The position numbers and the translations under genes are program-made. Below the pieces are notes generated by a model. It saw only the letters and a list, made by a program, of their open reading frames with translations. It did no database searches and was not told the origin of the DNA. A DNA stretch of 64,000 bases from an uncultured Eubacteriales bacterium. Lineage in GTDB: Bacteria > Bacillota > Clostridia > Peptostreptococcales > Anaerovoracaceae. The stretch is taken from NCBI GenBank assembly GCA_902795265.1, contig CADBKM010000001.1, positions 28,456 through 92,455 on the forward strand, written 5' to 3'. Below, one piece after another: positions 54,090-63,820 of the stretch. How positions within the stretch are numbered: the stretch's first letter is position 1; every line of letters starts with the position of its first letter.

Positions 54090-55274
54090 ATGAAAACTAA
54101 AGTTGCAATGCTCTTCGGTGGCAAGACTGTTGAGCATGAAGTATCGGTAATATCAGGTATTCAGGCGCTTAAGGCCATGGATACTGACAAATACGAAGTG
54201 ATCCCTGTGTACATGACAAAAGAGAACGAAATGTACATTGGGAGTGATATCGGCGACATCAAGGCATACAGGGATATTCCGGGCCTGCTTAAGAAGTCGC
54301 AGCGCGTCATCATGGTGAATGAGGGCGGAAGGGTGCAGCTGGTGCAGTATCCTCCTAAGAGATTCGGCGGTGCCAAGCCTGTCGATATCGACATAGCTTT
54401 TCCTGTGGTCCATGGAACAAACGTTGAAGATGGCGCTCTCCAGGGTTATCTGAAGACTGTCGGCGTGCCGTTCGTGGGGCCTGATGTGACATCATCGGCC
54501 ATCAGCATGGACAAGTTCATCACAAAGGCGGTGCTCAAAGAAGCAGGCGTTCCGGTGCTCGATGCCAAAGTCTATACTATGGCGGATTATGAGGATGTTG
54601 AAGGCACAGCGGATGATATCGAGAAGACTTTCGGATATCCGGTCATCATCAAGCCGGTAAACCTCGGGTCGAGCGTCGGCATCGGCGTTGCAAAGAGCAG
54701 GGATGAGCTCATAGACGCAATAGATGACGCTTTCAGATATGCAGCCCGTGTTATGGCGGAGCACGCAATCTCGAAGCTCAGAGAGATCAACTGCTCGGTG
54801 CTCGGAGATGAGAACGATGCGCTTGCCTCGGAATGCGAGGAGCCGCTGACATCAGGAGAGATCCTCAGCTATGAGGACAAGTACGTCAACGGAGGCGGCG
54901 GCAAAAAGGGCGGATCCAAGGGCGGCGGATCGAAGGGAGCCGGCATGGCCAACCTTTCGCGTAAGATCCCGGCTGAGCTTACGCCGGAGAAGCGTGAGGA
55001 GATCCGCGAACTCGCTGTCAAGTCGTTCAAGGCACTGGGCTGCTGCGGTGTATCGCGCATCGATTTCATGATCGATGAAGAGGAAGATAAGCTCTATTTC
55101 AACGAGATCAATCCTATCCCGGGCTCACTCTCGTTCTATCTGTGGGAGCCGGTAGGCGTTCCGTATAAGGAGCTGCTCGACCGCATGATACAGCTGGCAC
55201 TGAAGAGGGACCGCGTCGAGGACTCTCTCACATTCACATTTGACACCAACATTCTCAGGACCGCGAACCTCTGA
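54090..55274 (+). CDS. ddl: D-alanine--D-alanine ligase (ATP-grasp) with a Gly/Lys/Ser-rich insertion
   Basis: Ddl motifs (AMLFGGKTVEHEVS, HGTNVEDGALQGYL, KPVNLGSSVGI, RIDFMI, NEINPIPGS). Insertion GGGGKKGGSKGGGSKGAG after YEDKY. Confidence 0.85.
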   Translation: MKTKVAMLFGGKTVEHEVSVISGIQALKAMDTDKYEVIPVYMTKENEMYIGSDIGDIKAYRDIPGLLKKSQRVIMVNEGGRVQLVQYPPKRFGGAKPVDIDIAFPVVHGTNVEDGALQGYLKTVGVPFVGPDVTSSAISMDKFITKAVLKEAGVPVLDAKVYTMADYEDVEGTADDIEKTFGYPVIIKPVNLGSSVGIGVAKSRDELIDAIDDAFRYAARVMAEHAISKLREINCSVLGDENDALASECEEPLTSGEILSYEDKYVNGGGGKKGGSKGGGSKGAGMANLSRKIPAELTPEKREEIRELAVKSFKALGCCGVSRIDFMIDEEEDKLYFNEINPIPGSLSFYLWEPVGVPYKELLDRMIQLALKRDRVEDSLTFTFDTNILRTANL

Positions 55275-55294
55275 TAAACCGGCAGGGGACTGAC

Positions 55295-55867
55295 ATGGCA
55301 AGCACAATAAGAGAGCGTATCATCAGCACATCCTGGAAGCTCTTCAGGGAGAAGGGATTCGGTGAGACGACGATAAATGACATTATAAATAAAGCGAAAA
55401 TTTCAAAAGGGTCGTTCTACTACTACTTCAGAAGCAAGGACGACCTTCTGGGTACGCTGTCCGAGATCCTTGATCGCGAGTACGAAAAGCTTGAAAAAGA
55501 GGAGCCTGCCGGCATGGGCAGCTTTGACAAGCTTCTGTGGCTCAACTACGAAGTGCACGCGTACATGGAGAAGAATATCGACTACAGGCTTCTCGCATAT
55601 CTGTACTCCGCGCAGATCGTCAAAGAGGACTTCTCGAGCCTTCTTGACCGCAACCGTTACTATTACAGATACGTCGAAAGACTGATGGAAGAAGGGCAGA
55701 AGTCGGGAGAACTTACCGACCGTATGCCGGTGAGCGACATGGTCAAATTCTTCAGCATGCAGGAGAGGGCACTCGTCACCGAATGGTGCATGAACAACGG
55801 CAGCTTTTCACTCAGCGAATACAGCAGGGATCTGTTCCCGATAATGCTTCAGGGCCTTAGAAAGTAA
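55295..55867 (+). CDS. TetR/AcrR-family transcriptional regulator
   Basis: N-terminal HTH (FREKGFGETTINDIINKAKISKGSFYYYFRSKDDL). Confidence 0.8.
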   Translation: MASTIRERIISTSWKLFREKGFGETTINDIINKAKISKGSFYYYFRSKDDLLGTLSEILDREYEKLEKEEPAGMGSFDKLLWLNYEVHAYMEKNIDYRLLAYLYSAQIVKEDFSSLLDRNRYYYRYVERLMEEGQKSGELTDRMPVSDMVKFFSMQERALVTEWCMNNGSFSLSEYSRDLFPIMLQGLRK

Positions 55868-55899
55868 GCGGAATTTGCTTTCGGGCTCTTTTGTTTTTC

Positions 55900-55928
55900 T
55901 TGATTGTTAATACTGCTTTAAGTATAAT
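55900..55928 (+). promoter_or_regulatory. SigA-type promoter for the glycyl-radical operon
   Basis: TTGATT (55900-55905), 17-nt spacer, TATAAT (55923-55928). Confidence 0.6.
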
Positions 55929-55941
55929 TTAACTGGAGGAA

Positions 55942-55959
55942 TTTAGACCGCGGTCTAAA
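55942..55959. promoter_or_regulatory. 18-nt perfect palindrome, candidate TetR operator
   Basis: TTTAGACCGCGGTCTAAA, 14 nt downstream of the -10 box and 20 nt upstream of the activase ATG. Confidence 0.55.
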
Positions 55960-55978
55960 ACATGGTTAAAAAAACAAG

Positions 55979-56890
55979 ATGCATTCAGTTACAAACATAC
56001 AGAAATACTCAATTCACGATGGCGATGGTATCAGAACTACCGTATTTTTTAAGGGATGCCATCTGAGGTGCCAGTGGTGCCACAATCCTGAGACTCAGAG
56101 ATTTGAAAAAGAGCTTCAGGTAGATATTCCTAAGTGCACGGGCTGCGGCAGATGCGAAGCGGTGTGCCCGCAGGGAGCCATTCATATAGGCACTGACGGA
56201 AAATCCGTGACAGACCGCAGCAAATGCGTCGTCTGCGGCAGGTGCGAGTCAGCTTGTCTTGGCAATTACCGCACTGTTGTCGGACGCGACTACAGCGTCA
56301 GCGAGCTCGTAAAAATATGTATGCAGGATCAGATGTTTTATGAGCAGTCCGGCGGCGGCGTCACTCTTTCCGGCGGCGAGGTAATGGCGATGGACAGCGA
56401 TTACATCCAGAGCCTCGTAAAAAAGCTGTACAGAGAAGGGGTAGACGTAGATATTGACACATGCGGACAGGCCCCTTACTCAAATTATGAAGCCATACTG
56501 CCTTATGTAGACACATGGCTTTACGATATAAAGGTGATAGACGAGGAAAAGCATACAAAGTATATGGGCATGGGCAATAAGCTCATACTCGATAACCTCG
56601 CAAAGATCGCCGCTGCGGGAGCAAAGATATATATCAGGATCCCGGTTGTTAAAGAGGTAAACGGAGATGAAGAATCGATGGCAGCGATCATCGACTTTCT
56701 GAAAGCTCACGATATAAGACCGCCACAGGTGAATCTGCTTCCTTATCACAGTACCGGCTCACACAAATACGGAAAGCTGGGCATGGAGTATACGGGAGCA
56801 TCGCTCACAACACCTGATGACGAAGAAATGCAAGCATTTGTTGAACAATGGAATAAAGCAGGTTTCACTAACGTTAAGATAGGCGGATAA
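55979..56890 (+). CDS. Glycyl-radical enzyme activating enzyme (radical SAM)
   Basis: CHLRCQWCHNPE radical-SAM cluster motif plus two ferredoxin-like Cys clusters (CTGCGRCEAVCP, CVVCGRCESAC). Confidence 0.85.
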   Translation: MHSVTNIQKYSIHDGDGIRTTVFFKGCHLRCQWCHNPETQRFEKELQVDIPKCTGCGRCEAVCPQGAIHIGTDGKSVTDRSKCVVCGRCESACLGNYRTVVGRDYSVSELVKICMQDQMFYEQSGGGVTLSGGEVMAMDSDYIQSLVKKLYREGVDVDIDTCGQAPYSNYEAILPYVDTWLYDIKVIDEEKHTKYMGMGNKLILDNLAKIAAAGAKIYIRIPVVKEVNGDEESMAAIIDFLKAHDIRPPQVNLLPYHSTGSHKYGKLGMEYTGASLTTPDDEEMQAFVEQWNKAGFTNVKIGG

Positions 56891-56908
56891 GCCGGACGGA
56901 GGACAAAA

Positions 56909-59281
56909 ATGGAAGAACGCGGAATGAACGCAAGAATCAAAGCTCTGCGCAAGGTAAGCATGGAGACACAGCCGCACATCGATCTCGAGAGAGCAAAGAT
57001 CGAGACTGAAGTTTACAAGAAATGGGAAGACAAGGTTTCACTGCCTGTACTGAGAGCGCTTGTACTGAAGGAGTACTTCTCGAAGAAGACTCTTTACCTC
57101 GGCGAGGGCGAGCTCATCGTTGGCGAAAAGGGTAAGGATCCTCAGTCTTCACCTACTTTCCCGGAGCTCACATGCCACACACTCGAAGACATGCACATCA
57201 TGAATGACCGTGCAGTCGTAAACTACTCGGTAACAGAGCAGGATCTCAAAGATCAGGAAGAGATCATCATCCCTTACTGGGAAGGCAAGTCCATGAGAGA
57301 TAAGCTGCTCAACAGCATGACTGAAGAGTGGAAAGAGGCTTATGCTGCAGGCATGTTCACTGAGTTCATGGAGCAGAGAGGCCCTGGACACACTTGCGGA
57401 GGCAAGAACGTATTCATCAAGGGATACGCTGATTATAAGCTCGAGATCCAGGAAGCAATCGACGCACTCGATTTCATGAACGATCCTGAAGCTCTCCAGA
57501 AGAAGGACGAGCTCGAGGCCATGCTCATCGACTGCGACGCAGTAATGATCCTCGGCGAAAGATACAGAGAGCTTCTTACAGAAGAAGCTGCCAAGTGCGA
57601 AGATCCTGTCCGCAAGGCAGAACTCGAGCAGATGGCAAAGAACCTCGAAGTAGTTCCGGCTCACAAGCCTCAGACATACTGGCAGGCTATCCAGCTTTAC
57701 TGGTTCACACACCTTGCTGTTACAACAGAGCTCAATCCTTGGGACGCATTCAGCCCTGGAAGACTCGACCAGCACCTCATTCCTTACTATGAGAAGGACG
57801 TTGAGGACGGCATCCTCGACGACGAGAGAGCTCTCGAACTCCTCGAGTGCCTCTGGGTCAAGTTCAACAACCAGCCGGCACCTGTAAAGGTAGGCGTAAC
57901 TCTCAAGGAGAGCGGCACATATACAGACTTCGCCAACATCAACACAGGCGGAATCAAAGAAGACGGCACTAACGGCGTCAACGCTGTCAGCTATCTCATC
58001 CTCGACTGCATGGACGAGATGAAGCTGGTACAGCCTAACTCGAACGTTCAGATCAGCAAGAAGACACCTCACAAGTTCCTCAAGAGAGCCTGCGAGATCT
58101 CAAGAGAAGGATGGGGACAGCCTGCGTTCTATAACACAGACGAAATCGTTCAGGAACTTCTCAATGCAGGAAAGACTCTCGACGACGCTCGTCAGGGCGG
58201 ATCATCCGGATGCGTAGAGACAGGTTCGTGGGGCAATGAGGCATATATCCTGACAGGATACCTCAACATTCCTAAGATCTTCCAGCTGACTCTCTACAAC
58301 GGATTCGACAATCAGTCCGGCAAGCAGCTCGGACCTCAGACAGGATACGCTGAAGATTTCAAGAGCTACGAAGAGCTCTGGGACGCATTCGCAAAGCAGC
58401 TGCATCACATGGTAGACGTAAAGGTACGCGGCAACAACGTTATCGAAAAGCTTTACGCAAACTACATGCCTGCTCCATGCCTGTCGATCGTAACAAACGA
58501 CTGCATCAAGAAGGGCAAAGACTACAACAACGGCGGATCCAGATACAACACCAGATACATCCAGGGCGTTGGTATCGGAACAGTTACTGACTGCCTCTCG
58601 GCAATCAAGTACAACGTATTCGACAACCAGAACTTCACAATGAAGGAACTCATCGAGGCAATGGACGACAACTTCGTCGGTCACGAAGAGATCTTCAACA
58701 TGGTTCAGAACAAGACTCCGAAATACGGCAACGATGACGACTATGCTGATGACATCATGCAGGCTGTATTCAAGCAGTACAGAGATGAGGTTACAGGACG
58801 CCCTACAATGAGCGGCGGACAGTATCACGTTGACATGCTGCCTACAACATGCCACATCTATTTCGGTGAGGTTATCGGAGCTACAGCAAACGGCAGACTT
58901 GCCAAGAAGCCTGTATCTGAGGGCATCTCGCCTGAGAAGTTCGCTGACACTCACGGACCTACAGCCGTTATCAAGAGCTGCGCTAAGATGGACCACTGCT
59001 CCACAGGCGGAACTCTCCTTAACCAGAAGTTCACACCGAGCGCTCTTGCCGGCGACACAGGCCTTGAGAACCTCGCAAGCCTGATCAGATCGTACTTCGC
59101 AATGGATGGACACCACATCCAGTTCAACGTATTCGACAAGCAGACACTTCTCGAGGCACAGAAGCATCCTGATGACTACAAGGATCTCATCGTACGTGTA
59201 GCAGGATACTCTGACTACTTCAGAAACCTCGATGAGGAGCTTCAGAACGAGATCATCAACAGAACGGCTCAGTCGTTCTAG
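56909..59281 (+). CDS. hypD: Glycyl radical enzyme, probable trans-4-hydroxy-L-proline dehydratase
   Basis: Glycyl motif RVAGYSDYF and Cys loop GGSSGCVETG. Long blocks match my recollection of the Clostridioides difficile HypD sequence (GMFTEFMEQRGPGHT, WDAFSPGRLDQHL, NVQISKKTPHKFLKRACEISREGWGQPAFYNT). 790 aa. Confidence 0.75.
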   Translation: MEERGMNARIKALRKVSMETQPHIDLERAKIETEVYKKWEDKVSLPVLRALVLKEYFSKKTLYLGEGELIVGEKGKDPQSSPTFPELTCHTLEDMHIMNDRAVVNYSVTEQDLKDQEEIIIPYWEGKSMRDKLLNSMTEEWKEAYAAGMFTEFMEQRGPGHTCGGKNVFIKGYADYKLEIQEAIDALDFMNDPEALQKKDELEAMLIDCDAVMILGERYRELLTEEAAKCEDPVRKAELEQMAKNLEVVPAHKPQTYWQAIQLYWFTHLAVTTELNPWDAFSPGRLDQHLIPYYEKDVEDGILDDERALELLECLWVKFNNQPAPVKVGVTLKESGTYTDFANINTGGIKEDGTNGVNAVSYLILDCMDEMKLVQPNSNVQISKKTPHKFLKRACEISREGWGQPAFYNTDEIVQELLNAGKTLDDARQGGSSGCVETGSWGNEAYILTGYLNIPKIFQLTLYNGFDNQSGKQLGPQTGYAEDFKSYEELWDAFAKQLHHMVDVKVRGNNVIEKLYANYMPAPCLSIVTNDCIKKGKDYNNGGSRYNTRYIQGVGIGTVTDCLSAIKYNVFDNQNFTMKELIEAMDDNFVGHEEIFNMVQNKTPKYGNDDDYADDIMQAVFKQYRDEVTGRPTMSGGQYHVDMLPTTCHIYFGEVIGATANGRLAKKPVSEGISPEKFADTHGPTAVIKSCAKMDHCSTGGTLLNQKFTPSALAGDTGLENLASLIRSYFAMDGHHIQFNVFDKQTLLEAQKHPDDYKDLIVRVAGYSDYFRNLDEELQNEIINRTAQSF

Positions 59282-59336
59282 ACATAAAAAGATCCCGCAC
59301 AGGGATTTCTACCTGAAACAGCATAGCTGATAACAT

Positions 59337-59374
59337 ACAGGCCGGCTTTTGTAGGCCGGCCTGTAATTGTTTTT
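59337..59374 (+). terminator. Rho-independent terminator after the glycyl radical enzyme gene
   Basis: ACAGGCCGGC-ttttgtag-GCCGGCCTGT followed by AATTGTTTTT. Confidence 0.8.
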
Positions 59375-59400
59375 ACAAAAAGGAACAGGACGGAAACTAA

Positions 59401-60300
59401 ATGGCTGAAATCAGAGAAGGCTACATGCCTTTTATGGGATATAAGACTTACTACAGAATCGCAGGCAGACGTACAGATAACGGAAAGGCGCCGCTTATAT
59501 GCCTTCATGGCGGCCCGGGCAGCACTCACAATTACTTTGAGGTGCTCGACTGCATAGCAGACGAAGATGAGCGCATGGTTGTGATGTACGACCAGCTTGG
59601 CTGCGGAAATTCGTATCTGGACGGACATCCGGAACTGTGGACAAAAGAGACCTGGATGCAGGAACTGTTCGCTCTGAGAGAGCATCTTCAGCTGGATGAA
59701 TGTCACATCATCGGTCAGTCGTGGGGCGGGATGATGCAGATCTGCCTTGGGATTGACTATAAAGAGCATACGAATGGAGTAAAGAGCTTCATTATCTCGA
59801 GCGGACATCCTTCGAGCAGCCTCTGGGAGAGAGAAGGTCTCCGCAGGATCAAAATGATGCCGGATGATATGCAGAAGGCCATTCACAGGGTCCTAGAGAC
59901 CGGAGACTACAGCGGAGAGGATTATGACAGGGCCGTAGCCGAGTATATGGCAAGATACTGCGATTACTGGCTGGGCGATGATGTGCCGGAATGCTGCAGC
60001 CGTCCTAAAAAAAGCGGCAGTGAGGCGTATGTCGAAGGCTGGGGGCCTAACGAATTTGCTCCTACCGGTACGCTCAGGGACTTCGAGTATGTTGACAGGC
60101 TGGGAGAGATCGAGGTGCCGTCTCTTATCATGAGCGGGATCTCCGACCTTTGCTCACCGCTTGTAGCAAAGACAATGAATGACGGAATAAAAGGCTCGGA
60201 ATGGATACTCTGGGAAAGAGCGAGGCATACATGCTTCGTCGACAGACACGATGAGTACTGCGCCGAACTGATCAAATGGATGAACTCACACGACAGGTAA
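59401..60300 (+). CDS. Proline iminopeptidase-family alpha/beta hydrolase
   Basis: LHGGPGSTHNYF and nucleophile elbow GQSWGG. 299 aa. Confidence 0.8.
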   Translation: MAEIREGYMPFMGYKTYYRIAGRRTDNGKAPLICLHGGPGSTHNYFEVLDCIADEDERMVVMYDQLGCGNSYLDGHPELWTKETWMQELFALREHLQLDECHIIGQSWGGMMQICLGIDYKEHTNGVKSFIISSGHPSSSLWEREGLRRIKMMPDDMQKAIHRVLETGDYSGEDYDRAVAEYMARYCDYWLGDDVPECCSRPKKSGSEAYVEGWGPNEFAPTGTLRDFEYVDRLGEIEVPSLIMSGISDLCSPLVAKTMNDGIKGSEWILWERARHTCFVDRHDEYCAELIKWMNSHDR

Positions 60301-60306
60301 GCGAAG

Positions 60307-62034
60307 ATGAACAGCGCTCACAAAGACATAAATTTTTCAAATGACGCTGTGCCGATGCAGCGCGTGCATCCGCCGCTCCGGAACGTGCGGCTTCTTCCGG
60401 GCACACCTTTTTATGACAGGCAGCAGGATATGCTCGCTTTTCTGAAAGGTCTCGATACCGGAAGTCTTCTGTATAACTTCCGCAGCGCATCGGGTCTGCC
60501 CACAGGCGGAGCGGAGCCGATGACAGGCTGGGATGCCGCTGAGTGCAAGCTGAGAGGGCATACGACAGGCCATGCCATGTCAGCTCTGTCGCTGGCTTAC
60601 GCGGTTACTGGTGACAAAGCGTACAGAGATAAACTGCGCGTGCTCGCGGACGGGCTGTATGAGTGTCAGAATGCCTTTGCGGCATCCGGAAAGGTTCATC
60701 CGGGATTTCTCAGCGCGTACGATGAGGAGCAGTTCGACCAGCTCGAGCAGCTTGTAAAATATCCGGACATATGGGCGCCTTACTATACTCTCGACAAGAT
60801 AATGGCGGGACTTCTGGACTCATATGAGCTAGCCGGCATAGATAAAGCCATGGATATCCTCGTGCCGCTGGGTGACTGGGTATATGAGCGCCTGTCAAAG
60901 GTCGATGACGATTTAAGGGCAAAGATGTGGGATACCTACATTGCCGGAGAATTCGGAGCCATGCCGGGCACAATGGTAAGACTGTACAGGATCAGCGGAA
61001 ATGCTAAACACCTTCAGGCGGCAAGGCTGTTCGAAAACGCGAAGCTGTTCGATATGATGCGCGACGGCAGGGATGAACTCGACGGTATGCATGCCAATCA
61101 GCATATTCCGCAGATCATAGGCGCCGCTGAGCTTTACGCGGCTTCCGGAGATGAAGCGTATCTTAGCATAGCCCGCAATTTTGAGCGGATAGTAACAGCC
61201 CATCATTGCTACGTTATAGGCGGAACAGGCGAGGAGGAACGCTTCCGTGCCGCTGACAGCGAGTGCGGTCTGCTGACAGAGAAAACTGCGGAAAGCTGTG
61301 CCAGTGTAAACATGCTGAGGCTTACATCAAAGCTGTACGAGTACGAGAAAGAGCCGGACACAGCGCTCATGGACTATTATGAGCGCACGCTCTTCAATCA
61401 TATACTGATGTCATGCAGCCACAGCGCGGACGGGGGCACAACATACTTCATGCCTCTGGCGCCGGGCAGCAGCAAACATTATGAGACAGAAGAGAACAGC
61501 TGCTGTCATGGCACGGGTATGGAAAGCCGGTTCAGATACATGGCGGATATTTTCTCCTTTGATACCTGTAAAGAAGGGACCCTTGTGAGAGTTGAACTGC
61601 CGGTGTCTTCGGCTCTTGATGACGAAGAAAAACTGACTGTGACTTTCAGCGAAAAGGGGAGACTGACGGTACGCGCCGAAGCGGACATGAAGGCGGATCT
61701 GGCTGTCAGGATACCGGCATGGGCAAGAGCTGAATATCCTGAGGCAGCAGACGGCTATCTGTACTTCGGCCGGCTGATGGCCGGAGAGAGCGCGGTCATC
61801 GATATGCCAATGACGGTTCGCGAGGTGAAGGAATGCTCCGATGAACGCTTTTACAGCCTTGCATACGGACCGTATCTGCTCGCGGCGGTATCTGACTCCG
61901 ATGCGATTCCGGCTCCAGATATACACAGGATAGAGGAGGCGGCAGAAGGAATGTCGTTCAGAGCAGGGGATCTCACTCTGAAGCCGCTTTACAGTATAGA
62001 CGGAGATTCTTACCACGTTTATTTTTGCAGATAA
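60307..62034 (+). CDS. GH127 (DUF1680) beta-L-arabinofuranosidase-family protein
   Basis: Family-like (alpha/alpha)6 region. The E-x-C (TAESCASVNM) and CC (ENSCCHGTG) motifs correspond to the Cys/Glu zinc site and Cys nucleophile region of HypBA1-type enzymes. Confidence 0.7.
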   Translation: MNSAHKDINFSNDAVPMQRVHPPLRNVRLLPGTPFYDRQQDMLAFLKGLDTGSLLYNFRSASGLPTGGAEPMTGWDAAECKLRGHTTGHAMSALSLAYAVTGDKAYRDKLRVLADGLYECQNAFAASGKVHPGFLSAYDEEQFDQLEQLVKYPDIWAPYYTLDKIMAGLLDSYELAGIDKAMDILVPLGDWVYERLSKVDDDLRAKMWDTYIAGEFGAMPGTMVRLYRISGNAKHLQAARLFENAKLFDMMRDGRDELDGMHANQHIPQIIGAAELYAASGDEAYLSIARNFERIVTAHHCYVIGGTGEEERFRAADSECGLLTEKTAESCASVNMLRLTSKLYEYEKEPDTALMDYYERTLFNHILMSCSHSADGGTTYFMPLAPGSSKHYETEENSCCHGTGMESRFRYMADIFSFDTCKEGTLVRVELPVSSALDDEEKLTVTFSEKGRLTVRAEADMKADLAVRIPAWARAEYPEAADGYLYFGRLMAGESAVIDMPMTVREVKECSDERFYSLAYGPYLLAAVSDSDAIPAPDIHRIEEAAEGMSFRAGDLTLKPLYSIDGDSYHVYFCR

Positions 62035-62115
62035 TAAGTTGGCGTTATAACACAACAGATGCTATTATTATTTGTGGTTTGGTAATAATATTCATACTTT
62101 TCTAAGGAGGGTAAA

Positions 62116-63666
62116 ATGTACAAGGGATTTGTTAATGCCGTAGAAGTCGATTTCAGCATTCCTGAAAACAGAGAAAAAATGCTTGCTGCATTTAAGCAGG
62201 TCGATGAGGAAAAAGGATTCACATGTCCTCTTATTATCGGCGGAGAAAGGATTTATACAGAGAAGAAGTTCGAATCTCTGAATCCGTCGACAAAGGAAGT
62301 CCTCGGCTATTCCAGCTCGGCAAGCGCTGAACAGTGCGATCAGGCTATCAGGACTGCTCATGAGGCGTTCCAGACATGGAAGAAGACTTCTCTTGATGAG
62401 AGAGTCCGCTGCATGCGCAAGCTTGCTACACTTCTCGATGAGAACAGATTCTATCTCGACGCGTGGAACGTTGAGGAAAGCGGTAAAAACTGGGGTGAGG
62501 CAGACGGAGAACTCTGTGAGCTCCTCGACTTCATCAATTCTTACTGCGTACACATTCAGGAACTCGACAAGGGAATCCCTTGTATCCAGACAAGTGAGTA
62601 TAACAAGTGCGTTTACATCCCTATGGGAGTCGGCGCAACAGTGTCGCCTTGGAACTTCCCGGTAGGACTTTTCGCAAACATGCTGATCGCAGCAGCCATC
62701 ACAGGCAATACAAGCGTAAACAAGCCTGCATCAAATACTCCGATCTCGGCATTCAAGTTCTTTGAGATCATGGAAAAGTGCGGTATCCCTGCAGGAGTAA
62801 TCAACTTCCTTCCTGGCGCAGGATCCGATATCGGCGATCTGCTCGTTGATCATCCGCTGATCAGATTCATCAACTTCACAGGTTCAAAGGAAGTCGGCTG
62901 CCGCATCTACGAGAGAGCAGCAAAGGTAAATCCTGGACAGAAGTGGCTCAAGAGAGTCGTTGCGGAGATGGGCGGAAAGAACGCTATCATCATCGACTCG
63001 TCGGCTAACGTAAAGAAGGCTGCACAGGGCGTAGCAAGCTCCGCATTCACATTCCAGGGCCAGAAGTGCTCCGCATGCTCAAGAGCCATCGTTATGAGAG
63101 ATGTTCACGATGAATTCGTCGCAGCTCTTATCGAAGAAGCTAAGGCTCTCAAGGCAAATCAGGGCGCAGGCAGAGATGACAAGACCATCGGTCCTGTTTC
63201 CAGCAAGGAAGCATTTGACAAGATCGCAAAATACATCGAGATCGGAAGGGGAGAAGGCGAAGTAGTATTCGGAGGAACTTACAGCGACGAGGTCGGATAC
63301 TTTGTTGACCCTACTATCATCGACGGAATCAGCCGCACAGACCGTATCGCGAATGAAGAGATCTTCGGACCTGTAGTAGCTGTTATCCCTGTTGACTCGT
63401 TCGATGAAGCTCTCGATATCGCAAATCAGACTGAGTATGGCCTGACAGGCTCCGTATACAGCGAGACAAGAGAGAATGTGATCAAGGCTAAGGCTGAGTT
63501 TAACGTAGGTAACCTGTACTTCAACCGTAAGTGCACAGCCGCAGTCGTACTGCAGCATCCATTCGGCGGATTCAACCTCTCGGGTACTGACCATAAGACA
63601 GGTACACCTAACTACCTCACAAACTTCATGTATCTGAAGTCGATTTCAGAGGACCTTACGAAGTAA
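62116..63666 (+). CDS. rocA: 1-pyrroline-5-carboxylate (L-glutamate gamma-semialdehyde) dehydrogenase
   Basis: 516 aa ALDH. Motifs EMGGKNAIIID and FQGQKCSACSR (catalytic Cys), with RocA/PruA-like length. RBS AAGGAGGG. Confidence 0.85.
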   Translation: MYKGFVNAVEVDFSIPENREKMLAAFKQVDEEKGFTCPLIIGGERIYTEKKFESLNPSTKEVLGYSSSASAEQCDQAIRTAHEAFQTWKKTSLDERVRCMRKLATLLDENRFYLDAWNVEESGKNWGEADGELCELLDFINSYCVHIQELDKGIPCIQTSEYNKCVYIPMGVGATVSPWNFPVGLFANMLIAAAITGNTSVNKPASNTPISAFKFFEIMEKCGIPAGVINFLPGAGSDIGDLLVDHPLIRFINFTGSKEVGCRIYERAAKVNPGQKWLKRVVAEMGGKNAIIIDSSANVKKAAQGVASSAFTFQGQKCSACSRAIVMRDVHDEFVAALIEEAKALKANQGAGRDDKTIGPVSSKEAFDKIAKYIEIGRGEGEVVFGGTYSDEVGYFVDPTIIDGISRTDRIANEEIFGPVVAVIPVDSFDEALDIANQTEYGLTGSVYSETRENVIKAKAEFNVGNLYFNRKCTAAVVLQHPFGGFNLSGTDHKTGTPNYLTNFMYLKSISEDLTK

Positions 63667-63820
63667 TTAATTAATAATTAATTAATAAATTGAAGTTAAC
63701 TGATAAAAGACTTAAAATAATAACATGTGATATTGCAAGCTGAACTAACAGGTCAAAAACCGACCGCGGTTCAGAACAATATACAAAAGCAGTTGGAAGA
63801 TACTTTTTAAGGAGGAATTT

